Shown here: piece after piece, positions 28,443 to 37,504 of the stretch
How positions within the stretch are numbered: position 1 is the first letter of the stretch
How the letters are laid out: every line of letters starts with the position of its first letter
Assembly: GCA_048538215.1 (NCBI GenBank)
Contig: JBLYPV010000001.1
Coordinates: 139,495-203,494 of the forward strand
Direction of reading: 5' to 3'
DNA: 64,000 nucleotides
From: Patescibacteria group bacterium
GTDB lineage: Bacteria > Patescibacteriota > Minisyncoccia > Phycocordibacterales > GCA-2747955
The notes under the pieces: model-generated
What the model was told of the DNA's origin: nothing
The model's input: the letters and a program-made list of their open reading frames with translations, nothing else
Databases searched by the model: none
Position numbers and translations under genes: made by a program

Positions 28443-29417
28443 TTATAATTGGAGTAGTTCCTTCACAATCTTGGAGGCATCATGTCGGATGAGGGATCGC
28501 TTCACCGTATCACCTTTTTGTGGAATATGCTTTTCTTTGGCAATAAATTTTTTTGCGATTGTTTTAATCGACAAACTATTAATATCCCCCGGATGTATCA
28601 GATGCTCTCCATCTTGACGATACTTTTCTTCCAAATCTTTATCCCTTAATTCGAGCTGAGTGTTGTATAGCAAGACATCTATAAATGCATAGTCTACTGC
28701 CTTATGAGCTTGTGACACAAAATCGACGACTGTCATATCAGTCGTGTGTCCATATTTGGAAACTAGATTTGAAATAAATACTTTTGTTGCGCGTGAATCT
28801 CGTAGAGCTTGATGCATTCCATGTATCAGTAAATTTGGCATAATTGAGCAGTAAAAGTTGCCAGGGCAAATGACTACCATATCAGCTTCCCTTATGGCCT
28901 TTGATGCTTTAGGGTTGATAGGAGTATGTTTATTAAAATATATGGCACGGGGATTGGCTACTACTGATTCATCTATTCTATCCTCACCATAAAAAATTTC
29001 ATCATTGTGAGTTTCGATAATTAATTGAGAATTTTCAAGGGTAATTGGCAAAACAGCACCTTTTGTTTGTAAAATGCGACTTGCTTGCTCAAGTGATTTT
29101 TCAAAAGAGCCAGTCATTTTTTCTAGTGCTCCCAAGACGAGATTCCCCATTGTATGTCCACTCAGTCCTCCCTCGCTAAAGCGATAGGTAAATAGCTCTC
29201 GCCACACATCCTGAGCACCAGAAAGTGCTACAAGTGCTTGCCGAGCATCCCCTGCTGGTAGTACACCAAGCTCATCCCGTAAAAGCCCTGTAGACCCACC
29301 CGCATCAGTCATATTTACAATAGCGGTAATATCGATATCGTCATGTCTAGCTAATTCGGACAAAAGCATAAACTGCCCAGTGCCACCCCCAATAGTCACT
29401 ATCCGTTTCTTTCGCAT
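28443..29417 (-). CDS. YvcK/CofD-family protein (gluconeogenesis factor / UPF0052)
   Basis: 'IVTIGGGTG...TAIVNMTDAGGSTGLLR...LPAGDARQALVAL' is the family signature. Confidence 0.8.
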   Translation of the reverse strand: MRKKRIVTIGGGTGQFMLLSELARHDDIDITAIVNMTDAGGSTGLLRDELGVLPAGDARQALVALSGAQDVWRELFTYRFSEGGLSGHTMGNLVLGALEKMTGSFEKSLEQASRILQTKGAVLPITLENSQLIIETHNDEIFYGEDRIDESVVANPRAIYFNKHTPINPKASKAIREADMVVICPGNFYCSIMPNLLIHGMHQALRDSRATKVFISNLVSKYGHTTDMTVVDFVSQAHKAVDYAFIDVLLYNTQLELRDKDLEEKYRQDGEHLIHPGDINSLSIKTIAKKFIAKEKHIPQKGDTVKRSLIRHDASKIVKELLQL

Positions 29418-29491
29418 ACTATTATTGTATCAAAATTATAGCTAATCCTTTGCTGTGTATTAGATATCACTTCTTATAAAGTAACCCACTG

Positions 29492-30613
29492 TTATTCGTC
29501 CAGTGAATACTCTTTGGGCTTATCTAATGCTGCTGGCTCAAATACTTCTCCCCCACCGGTAATCTTTTGAGTGTCCCGACTAATCATACGGAGTTGCTTC
29601 CCGGAAGCATCATAGTGATTGATCACCGTGCCAAGGCTGTTGCCCATTTTTTCATGATATGTTTCATAGGCAGAAATATGCTTTTGCAAATCACCTACCT
29701 TTTTAATAATGGTGGTAGCCTGTTTTTCTATTTGTAATGCTCGTAAGCCCTGCATAATTGTTTGTAAATATGCGTAAAGTGTAGATGGTGAGACCACGAT
29801 TACTTTTTTTTCACGGAAGGCATACTCGAGAAAATTCTGACTATTGACTACCCCAATCTCAGAAATAAGCAAATCGTAATATATTCCCTCCGATGGAATA
29901 AACATAAATGCAAAATCCATTGTGCCCTCGTTTGGCTTGATATATTTGGCCGTTTCATTAATTCGTAGCTTGAGATCTTCTCTAAATTGTTTCTTATATT
30001 GTTCTTTAGTAACATCATCATTTGCTTGCACAATGTTGTTGTAATTTTCTAAGCTAAACTTACTATCAATTGCTAATAGCTTATCTCCATCAAGTTTAAT
30101 CACCGCATCTGCAATCAATCCATCCTTAAAACTATACTGAAAGGTATAGTTATCAGGCGGGAGTATGTTTTTGATAGTTGTTTCGAGAAAATATTCTCCA
30201 AGAGCACCTCGCTGTTTGCTATTCTGTAAAATATCTTGAAGGTTCTTTAATTGCTCACCAAAGCCAACCACCCGATCTTGCCCCTGTTTCACTTGATGTA
30301 ATTGCTCAGTAACCTGAGAAATAATTTTTTGCGATTCTTTGAATTGATCTTGTACCGACTGGGACATTTCTCTATGTGATTGTCCAAGCTTTTCATTGAG
30401 TTTTTCTGATAAATCAGATTTTAATTGTTCATTTGAAAGCTTGAGCTCATAATTAGAGCTGGCAATTTCTTGTAATTGTCGATAGAGAGTATCCCCCTCT
30501 TGCATATTATTATTGCGTAAAGAATGCCGTAAAAACCACCATAATATTGAAAATCCTATAATCAAAACGATTGAGGGCACTATACCTAGTAGAATAAGTG
30601 AATCGCTATCCAT
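29492..30613 (-). CDS. rmuC: DNA recombination protein RmuC
   Basis: It has an N-terminal TM segment and a long coiled-coil. The C-terminal nuclease-like domain carries 'ADAVIKLDGDKLLAIDSKFSLENY' and 'FAFMFIPSEGIY'. Confidence 0.8.
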   Translation of the reverse strand: MDSDSLILLGIVPSIVLIIGFSILWWFLRHSLRNNNMQEGDTLYRQLQEIASSNYELKLSNEQLKSDLSEKLNEKLGQSHREMSQSVQDQFKESQKIISQVTEQLHQVKQGQDRVVGFGEQLKNLQDILQNSKQRGALGEYFLETTIKNILPPDNYTFQYSFKDGLIADAVIKLDGDKLLAIDSKFSLENYNNIVQANDDVTKEQYKKQFREDLKLRINETAKYIKPNEGTMDFAFMFIPSEGIYYDLLISEIGVVNSQNFLEYAFREKKVIVVSPSTLYAYLQTIMQGLRALQIEKQATTIIKKVGDLQKHISAYETYHEKMGNSLGTVINHYDASGKQLRMISRDTQKITGGGEVFEPAALDKPKEYSLDE

Positions 30614-30671
30614 AAGCCTATTGTACTATGGAGAGACAAACTTGTCTTGTGTAAATAGGTATTTTTTAAAA

Positions 30672-30717
30672 AAATTAGGTATTAATCCCTACACGTGTAG
30701 TTTTTATTACCTAATTT
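30672..30717. promoter_or_regulatory. Nested palindrome upstream of rmuC: outer AAATTAGGTA/TACCTAATTT, inner CTACACGTGTAG
   Basis: A perfect 12-bp inner palindrome sits inside perfect 10-bp outer arms, ~60-100 nt upstream of the rmuC start. Confidence 0.4.
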
Positions 30718-30733
30718 GGAAGTAGAAGAATAC

Positions 30734-30760
30734 AAAAGGCCGCGCTTCGCGCGGCCTTTT
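30734..30760. terminator. Bidirectional hairpin aaaaggccgcgc-ttc-gcgcggcctttt
   Basis: The GC stem is 8 bp with flanking A4/T4. It lies immediately 3' of the small minus-strand ORF. Confidence 0.6.
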
Positions 30761-30776
30761 GCATCTTCGTATGCCG

Positions 30777-30950
30777 TCACATATATCGTATCCGTGCCTG
30801 TTGCCCATGCACGACTCTAAGCGCAGTTTCGAGCGCTTTCGATTCTCCTGCTTGCACACAGATGTCGACCCGACGGCCGAGAGCCTGCACAAGCGAAAGA
30901 AGCTCTTCGTAGCTTGGAACAATACCTTTACGGATATGGACCCTGACCAT
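30777..30950 (-). CDS. Small (57 aa) GC-rich hypothetical protein MVRVHIRKGIVPSYEELLSLVQALGRRVDICVQAGESKALETALRVVHGQQARIRYM
   Basis: The ATG is preceded by GAGGAGG 7-13 nt upstream. The stop is followed by a hairpin. GC content is far above the surrounding DNA. The longer track ORFs overlapping here start in AT-rich sequence without an SD. Confidence 0.45.
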   Translation of the reverse strand: MVRVHIRKGIVPSYEELLSLVQALGRRVDICVQAGESKALETALRVVHGQQARIRYM

Positions 30951-31080
30951 TTCAGACCTCCTCTGTCGTTCATACTTCCTTATACTATTTATACTTATAA
31001 TTGTAATCAAACACAAACCACTTATCCACTTTCCCTTTTAGTGATATACTTAGCGTTACAAACTATCATAAATAAATCCT

Positions 31081-31536
31081 ATGAAAAAAATAGAAGAAAT
31101 ACGCGAAGATATGAAACAAGCAATGCGCAATAAAGATATAGTAGCCCTCAATACGCTTCGAGGATTAATGGCCACCTGTACTAATGAAATTATATCTCAA
31201 GGCGGTCGCCCGCAAGACGCAATCACTGACGAAATTACTAATGCAGTGATAAAACGACTTGTTAAACAAAGAAAAGACGCGATTGAACAGTACAAATCGG
31301 GTGGGCGTAATGATTTAGCTGCTAATGAGCAAGCAGAATTACAAATCCTAGAAAATTACCTTCCCGAAATGATGGGCCGAGATCAAATCAGCCAAATTGC
31401 AAAAGATAAGAAAGATGAGCTTGGACTAAATGATCCAAGTAAGACAGGTATCTTGGTAGGGATGGTGATGAAAGAAGTGCAGGGCGATGCCGATGGAGCA
31501 CTCGTAAAAGAGGTAGTTGAGGAGCTTTTTGATTAA
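31081..31536 (+). CDS. yqeY: GatB/YqeY domain protein
   Basis: The length is ~150 aa. 'LKQAMRNKD...LRGL' and a C-terminal helical GatB-like domain are present. Confidence 0.8.
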   Translation: MKKIEEIREDMKQAMRNKDIVALNTLRGLMATCTNEIISQGGRPQDAITDEITNAVIKRLVKQRKDAIEQYKSGGRNDLAANEQAELQILENYLPEMMGRDQISQIAKDKKDELGLNDPSKTGILVGMVMKEVQGDADGALVKEVVEELFD

Positions 31537-31570
31537 ACTATTCTTTTTTATGAGAAAATACTCAAAAACC

Positions 31571-31596
31571 CACCGCTAGAAAGCGGTGGGTTTTTT
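31571..31596 (+). terminator. Intrinsic terminator caccgc-tagaaa-gcggtg plus TTTTTT
   Basis: A stem is followed by a T6 run after yqeY. Confidence 0.7.
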
Positions 31597-31597
31597 A

Positions 31598-31673
31598 GGT
31601 GCTGAGAGGCAGACTCGAACTGCCGACCCTTCGCTCTTCAGGCGAATGCTCTAGCCAACTGAGCTATCTCAGC
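31598..31673 (-). tRNA. tRNA-Phe (anticodon GAA)
   Basis: The reverse complement reads GCUGAGAUAGCUCAGUUGGCUAGAGC...UUCGC-CUGAAGA-GCGAA...GGUUCGAGUCUGCCUCUCAGCACC. The cloverleaf is consistent and the anticodon loop reads CU-GAA-GA. Confidence 0.85.
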
Positions 31674-31791
31674 ATATCGAGCACAAACAATAAAGTTTGT
31701 ACTCGATAGTATGCCCCATCCCAACATTATATGTCGGTGGGCATGCGGGCTATTGTAACAACTTCCCTCCACTTTTCAATACCCATAGCCA

Positions 31792-32196
31792 TTACTTTTC
31801 TTCATTACTTGATTCGATTTTTTCAAAAAAACCATTAACAAAATTACCTATTTGCGAAACATCTACCATCATACTCTCTTGCTCTTGATCTTTTTGAGTA
31901 ACGAAATTAATGACCGGCTGGATAAAGTTTAGGTAAACATAAGCAATAATGGCAATAATCACTCCCCATTTTATAAGAGCAAAAATGGTACGCCGGGTAT
32001 ACTGAGATTGAATATTCCGTACTCGTGAATTGTTATCGCCCATCATATGTAGTATTCGATTGAGCTTATCGTCCATAATGCTTACCTGTCGCATTAGTCG
32101 ACGCTCAAAAGCACTCATATCATAATACTCTGTTTCCTCTTCCGAAGAATAAAAATTTTCATCCTCCATAATATCTTCATTATGTTTCGTTGCCAT
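31792..32196 (-). CDS. Hypothetical single-TM protein
   Basis: It has an acidic N-terminus and one TM helix. It is co-directional with and downstream of leuS. Confidence 0.45.
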   Translation of the reverse strand: MATKHNEDIMEDENFYSSEEETEYYDMSAFERRLMRQVSIMDDKLNRILHMMGDNNSRVRNIQSQYTRRTIFALIKWGVIIAIIAYVYLNFIQPVINFVTQKDQEQESMMVDVSQIGNFVNGFFEKIESSNEEK

Positions 32197-32200
32197 ATGT

Positions 32201-34972
32201 TTATTCTACTATGAGATTACAGATCTTCCCAGGAACATAAATTACCCTCGTAATTACACCCTTATCTATCCAACGCTTAATTACATCCACTTCTTGAGAT
32301 GCATTGATTACATCCTCCTCGCTTGAGTCTGGCGCTATAGATATAGTGCCACGCGTCTTTCCATTGATTTGTATCGCAAGCTCTACCACCCGATCTGCCA
32401 ACATAGCTTCATCATATTCTGGCCACGAATAATCAGAAATGTACTTATCCTCTCCAGTAATAATACTTATGATCTCTTGCGATATATGCGGAGCAAATAC
32501 TGATAGTAATTTAATGAATTTGATGTAGCTATCTTTATCTATCTTATCTGCCTTATCTATTGCATTCACGCAAATCATTAGAGCCGAAATTGCTGTATTG
32601 AATTGGAGTTCTTGAATATCATCCCCTACTTTTTTAATTGTTTTGTGCAAAATCTTAGTGAGACTTTCTGGCGTTGATTTAGCTATTTTATCTTGCTGAC
32701 GCCATACTTTTTCCAAAAATCTATACATTCCCACTACCCCATTTTCATTCCACATTATTTCGTCCTCAAGTGGTCCTGCAAACATCATATACATACGTGT
32801 AGCATCAGCACCAAATCGCCGGACCATTTCATCCGGGTTTACCACATTACCTTTTGACTTAGACATTTTTTTGCCCTGCTTATCTAATACATAACCTTGA
32901 TGACGCAACTTAAGGAAAGGCTCGTCAAAATCAAGTAAGCCAATTGATTTCATTGCTTTTACCCAAAATCGAGCATACAAAAGATGCATATAGGTGTGCT
33001 CTGCCCCACCAATATATAAATCCACTGGCTGCCAATATTTGCAATTTTCCTTACTACACCATTCTGTATCGTTTTGTGGATCTGCGTAGCGAAGATAGTA
33101 CCAAGAAGAACATACAAAAGTATCCATTGTGTCTGTCTCAGGAGTCCACCCTTCCCCAAATAATTTTTCAGTGCGTTCGTGTAGCTCTTTACTTTCAGCA
33201 AGTGGAGCGGTGCCTCGAGGCACGAAATTTACATCAGTCGGAAGTGTCCACGGCAAATGCTCATCGGGTACCAAATGTGCCCTACCATCGGGATCATACA
33301 CGATTGGTATAGGAGCTCCCCAATAACGCTGACGGGATATCGACCAATCCTTTAGACGATATGTAGCGGTCATTTCTCCACCTACCTTTTTAGTGATCGC
33401 CTCTCCGGCTTCTTCTGAAGATTGGCCATCAAATTCTTTTGAATTAAATAAGATACCTTTATCGCAATAGATTGCTTTCTTATTTTTGTAGTTTTCTAAA
33501 AAAATTCGTAATGAATCTGCAATATTATTTTGATTTAAAGCTTCAGATATAGTCATCTCTAGTATTTTTTCTCCTTCATGAAGAACAAGCCTGGAAGTAT
33601 TTACCCCCGAGATAAAATTCATACATACATAGTGTTCGGCTTCAGCACCTTTATATGTATAGGTATCTCTAATATTTTGAGAATTCACATCTAATTCAAG
33701 CTCTTCTTTAAGCTCACGGATTATTGTATCCTGCACACTCTCTCCTTCTTCTCTGGTACCACCAAATACTGCTATTTTTCCTGGATTAGTTTTAGCATCA
33801 GTGCTTCTTTTTTGGAAGAGAAAGACTCCGGGTTTGTCTACAAGCTCTATCATTGCTCCTGCGTGTGTAATTTTTTGAGGAGCTACAACAGAACGAATTG
33901 GTAAATTATACTTTTGTGCAAATTCGAAATCCCTATCGTCATGAGCTGGCACCGCCATAATTGCTCCCGTGCCATACCCAGCCAATACATAATCAGCAAT
34001 AAATATAGGAATTTCTTCTCCTGATGCTGGATTGATAGCACTGACGCCCTCAAGCTTTATCCCAGTTTTTTCTTTGTTCTCAAGACGCTGAAGATTAGAT
34101 TTCTTACTTGTATTGTATTGATACTCCTTGATCTCCTCCAGATTCCCCAACTTGGGAGCTAAGCTCCCAAGTAGTAGGTGCTCTGGTGCAAGTACCATAT
34201 AGGTAGCTCCAAAAAGAGTATCTGGACGCGTAGTAAATACCTCAATTTGATAATCAGTGCCTTGTACCTTAAAAGTAATTTTTGCTCCCTCAGATTTACC
34301 AATCCACTCATTTTGGTTTTTCTTTGTGTGAGTCGGCCAGTCTATCTTGGAATCATCCGTATGAATTAGATCATCAGCAAAATCAGTAATCCTCAAATAC
34401 CATCCTGGAATTTCTTTTTGGACTACCTCGCTCTTACATCGCTCACACTCTCCCTGCTCTACTTGTTCGTTTGCTAAAGTAGTATGACACGATGGACACC
34501 AATTGACTGTCTGTGTATCTTTATACACAAGATCATTTTCAAAAAATCGTGCAAAGAGCCATTGTGTCCATTTATAATACGCAGGGTCAGATGTATAAAA
34601 TATGTCGCCATAATCATAGCCGAAGCCAAGTGACTTCATTTGCTTGATAAAATTCTCTCCAGCAGTGCGTACTGTTTGGCTAGGATGAATACCTGTCTTA
34701 ATAGCATAATTCTCGGCCGGCAAACCAAAAGAATCAAAGGCTTGATTGTGTAGCACACTGTAGCCCTGCATTCTTTGGTAGCGATACACTATGTCGCTTG
34801 CGGTGTATGATTCGGTATGGCCCATATGCAGACCGTCTCCTGATGGATAGGGCAGCATATCAAGCATAAAAAACTTTTCATTCGAATGAGCATTTTTATC
34901 TGTCTGGTCTACCTTCTGCTCACTCCAATGTTTTTGCCACTTTGATTCTACTTCTTTATGCTTGTACTTCAT
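32201..34972 (-). CDS. leuS: Leucyl-tRNA synthetase carrying an inserted Nudix-like domain
   Basis: 'PYPSGDGLHMGH' is the HIGH motif and 'KMSKSKGN' the KMSKS motif. 'TTRPDTLFGATY' marks the CP1 start and 'GTGAIMAVPAHDDRDFEFA' follows. An extra ~140 aa with 'GGTREEGESVQDTIIRELKEELEL' lies between that and 'GILFNSKEFDG'. Confidence 0.95.
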   Translation of the reverse strand: MKYKHKEVESKWQKHWSEQKVDQTDKNAHSNEKFFMLDMLPYPSGDGLHMGHTESYTASDIVYRYQRMQGYSVLHNQAFDSFGLPAENYAIKTGIHPSQTVRTAGENFIKQMKSLGFGYDYGDIFYTSDPAYYKWTQWLFARFFENDLVYKDTQTVNWCPSCHTTLANEQVEQGECERCKSEVVQKEIPGWYLRITDFADDLIHTDDSKIDWPTHTKKNQNEWIGKSEGAKITFKVQGTDYQIEVFTTRPDTLFGATYMVLAPEHLLLGSLAPKLGNLEEIKEYQYNTSKKSNLQRLENKEKTGIKLEGVSAINPASGEEIPIFIADYVLAGYGTGAIMAVPAHDDRDFEFAQKYNLPIRSVVAPQKITHAGAMIELVDKPGVFLFQKRSTDAKTNPGKIAVFGGTREEGESVQDTIIRELKEELELDVNSQNIRDTYTYKGAEAEHYVCMNFISGVNTSRLVLHEGEKILEMTISEALNQNNIADSLRIFLENYKNKKAIYCDKGILFNSKEFDGQSSEEAGEAITKKVGGEMTATYRLKDWSISRQRYWGAPIPIVYDPDGRAHLVPDEHLPWTLPTDVNFVPRGTAPLAESKELHERTEKLFGEGWTPETDTMDTFVCSSWYYLRYADPQNDTEWCSKENCKYWQPVDLYIGGAEHTYMHLLYARFWVKAMKSIGLLDFDEPFLKLRHQGYVLDKQGKKMSKSKGNVVNPDEMVRRFGADATRMYMMFAGPLEDEIMWNENGVVGMYRFLEKVWRQQDKIAKSTPESLTKILHKTIKKVGDDIQELQFNTAISALMICVNAIDKADKIDKDSYIKFIKLLSVFAPHISQEIISIITGEDKYISDYSWPEYDEAMLADRVVELAIQINGKTRGTISIAPDSSEEDVINASQEVDVIKRWIDKGVITRVIYVPGKICNLIVE

Positions 34973-35022
34973 ACCAAGAGTATACCATTGCGTAGATTAC
35001 AATTCCAAAAATATAAATAAAA

Positions 35023-36447
35023 TTATTTATTTTTTTCTCTTTTTTCCTTGAGGGTAAGGCCTAATTCATCCCATTGTCCTTTTGATACAGTAGATGGGCT
35101 TCCCATCATGGGATCACGCCCTTCTCTTGTCTTGGGAAATGCAATTACTTCACGAATATTTGGCTCTCCTTGCAAAAGCATTACAAGCCGATCCAAGCCC
35201 CAGGCAATTCCACCGTGTGGTGGACAGCCAGATTCAAGCATTGCAAGCATATGTCCAAAATTGGTATCAATAGCTTCTTCATCGTGTCCCAACAATTGCA
35301 AAATAGCACGTTGTACATCTGCATTATGACAGCGGATTGACCCTCCCCCAATCTCATATCCATTAAGGACAATATCGTACTGTGAGGCAATGATATTTTC
35401 AATATTTTCTTTATTCATTAAATCATTAATGTGTTCTTCTTTAGGAAGTGAAAAAGGGTTGTGAGTAAATGTCCACTCTCCTTGAGCTTGGGGATCATCT
35501 GATTTATCAGTACGCTCAAAAGCTGGAAAATCCACTATCCAACAAAAAGCCAATAAATTGGGGTCTTCCCTGTCGGTGCGAATATCGGGACGGTCGCTTG
35601 CATATTTTTCCATTGCTTCTTGGTATGAAATTCTAGGGAATGGAATTTCTTGTATACGCTTTTCTGGATAGAGAGTCTCTACTAGCTTGACTAGAAGCCT
35701 TTCATTTATCTCCATCACTTCTTCTTCGGTGGTGAATGCCATTTCTAAGTCCATTTGTGTAAACTCAGGCTGTCTATCACCTCGCAAGTCTTCATCACGC
35801 ATACAGCGAGCTACTTGAAAATATCGCTCAAAACCGGAGCCCATTAATAGCTGTTTGTATTGCTGAGGAGACTGAGGTAAGGCATATGCATTGCCCGGAT
35901 ATAATCGAGATGGCACAAGATAATCCCGAGCGCCTTCTGGGGTGGATTTGGTAAGAATGGGTGTTTCTATTTCATTAAAATCGTATGTATAAAAATACTC
36001 ACGAATACTACGAATAATTTGTGACCTCATACGGATATTATTCTGCATACGAGGAGTACGCAAATCGAGATAGCGATGTGCTAGCCGTACCTCCTCACCT
36101 ATCTGGCGTGTGTCCTTATCCAGCTCAAAAGCAGGAGTAACTGCTTCGTTTAGCACTTTAATATGAGTAATTTCAAGCTCAATATCACCATTGAGAACAT
36201 CTTGATTTTTCATCTTGTCTGGTCTCTCATTCACTATACCAGTGATTTCCACTACCCACTGGGCTCGAAGCGTCTTTGCCACCTCGAGTACCTCTGGCTT
36301 CCCAAATACTACACCCTGCACCTTGCCCGTAGCATCACGAAAATCAAAGAAAGCCATTTTGCCTTGATGACGAGCTACATCTATCCACCCTTTGATAGTA
36401 CGCTCTTCTTTTTTATATTCTCCTAATTTGCTAATTTGTGTTCTCAT
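35023..36447 (-). CDS. aspS: Aspartyl-tRNA synthetase, bacterial-type core lacking the GAD insertion domain
   Basis: 'LPQSPQQYKQLLMGSGFERYFQVARCMRDEDLRGDRQPEFTQMDLEMAF' is class II motif 2 of the AspRS type. It is 474 aa, compared with ~590 aa for GAD-containing forms. Confidence 0.9.
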   Translation of the reverse strand: MRTQISKLGEYKKEERTIKGWIDVARHQGKMAFFDFRDATGKVQGVVFGKPEVLEVAKTLRAQWVVEITGIVNERPDKMKNQDVLNGDIELEITHIKVLNEAVTPAFELDKDTRQIGEEVRLAHRYLDLRTPRMQNNIRMRSQIIRSIREYFYTYDFNEIETPILTKSTPEGARDYLVPSRLYPGNAYALPQSPQQYKQLLMGSGFERYFQVARCMRDEDLRGDRQPEFTQMDLEMAFTTEEEVMEINERLLVKLVETLYPEKRIQEIPFPRISYQEAMEKYASDRPDIRTDREDPNLLAFCWIVDFPAFERTDKSDDPQAQGEWTFTHNPFSLPKEEHINDLMNKENIENIIASQYDIVLNGYEIGGGSIRCHNADVQRAILQLLGHDEEAIDTNFGHMLAMLESGCPPHGGIAWGLDRLVMLLQGEPNIREVIAFPKTREGRDPMMGSPSTVSKGQWDELGLTLKEKREKNK

Positions 36448-36492
36448 ACTTCTTATTATAATTATCCATTATGTGTATTCCTAAGGCTATCA

Positions 36493-37497
36493 CTATAATG
36501 TAAAGCCGATCTTTTCTCTCACCTCTTTCATCTTGTGATCTGCAATTTCTTGTGCCTTCAAGGCGCCCTCTTGAAGCATCTGCTTAATATATTCTGGATT
36601 TTGTGCCAATTCTACACGACGAGTACGCATTTCACGCAAATAATCATTGATAATGCGTGCTATATGCTCTTTAATCTCACCGTAGCCCACACCGCCTTCG
36701 CTAAACATAGCTCGTAATGCAACATCCTGTTCTTTATTGCAAAAAAGTGATGCTATTTTATATAAAGTATACTCATCAGGATTTTTGAATTCTTCCACCT
36801 TTTTACTATCCATAGGAATAGCCATAATATACTCGAGTGTCTCTTCTTCACTTGCAAAAAGTGAGAGTTGATTACCATAAGACTTACTCATTTTTTGTCC
36901 ATCGCTACCAACAATCGTGCCTACCTCCTCTTTAATATACTCATCTGGCTCAATAAAAGTATCACCAAATGTATTATTGAATTTTCTGACAATTTCACGG
37001 GTCATCTCAATGTGTTGTCTTTGGTCCTCTCCGACAGGCACCACCTCGGTATCATAAAGCGCAATATCGGCAGCCTGTAACACAGGATAATCAAATAGCC
37101 CCACTGATACCTCTTTCTTCTTTGCTTCTCCATCTTTGAAGGCATGTCCGCGCATAAGCTGAGGCATTGTGGTAAGACAATTAAAAATCCAACAAAGCTC
37201 TGTGTGAGCCGGGATATCCGATTGTTTATAGAGGGTGACTTGGTTTGGATCAATGCCAATTGCTAGTAAATTAAGGGCTGTATTGTATACAAGCTCCTCC
37301 ATTTTATTTTTATCCTGTACCGTAATGAGCGCGTGATAATCAGGAATGAAGATAAAAGAATCATACTCGTACTGCATCTCCACCCATTGCTTGAGTGCTC
37401 CAAAATAATTACCAATGTGCATCTCACCAGTGGGCTTAATGCCAGACAACATTCGTTTCATACCTTGTGTATTGTAGCATATACACGTTATAATCAA
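36493..37497 (-). CDS. trpS: Tryptophanyl-tRNA synthetase (start may be the internal 'MKRMLSG' at 37461)
   Basis: 'LSGIKPTGEMHIGNYFGAL' is present, and 'KMSKSYGN' is the KMSKS motif. Confidence 0.9.
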   Translation of the reverse strand: MIITCICYNTQGMKRMLSGIKPTGEMHIGNYFGALKQWVEMQYEYDSFIFIPDYHALITVQDKNKMEELVYNTALNLLAIGIDPNQVTLYKQSDIPAHTELCWIFNCLTTMPQLMRGHAFKDGEAKKKEVSVGLFDYPVLQAADIALYDTEVVPVGEDQRQHIEMTREIVRKFNNTFGDTFIEPDEYIKEEVGTIVGSDGQKMSKSYGNQLSLFASEEETLEYIMAIPMDSKKVEEFKNPDEYTLYKIASLFCNKEQDVALRAMFSEGGVGYGEIKEHIARIINDYLREMRTRRVELAQNPEYIKQMLQEGALKAQEIADHKMKEVREKIGFTL

Positions 37498-37504
37498 TCC
37501 AGCT

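Noticed and set aside
30707-31133. Three overlapping track ORFs (30759-31133 +, 30777-31016 -, 30707-30973 -)
   Set aside because: They mutually overlap. The plus-strand and the 88-aa minus-strand ORFs lack an SD, and one starts inside the terminator hairpin. Only the internal 57-aa minus-strand ORF has SD plus terminator support.
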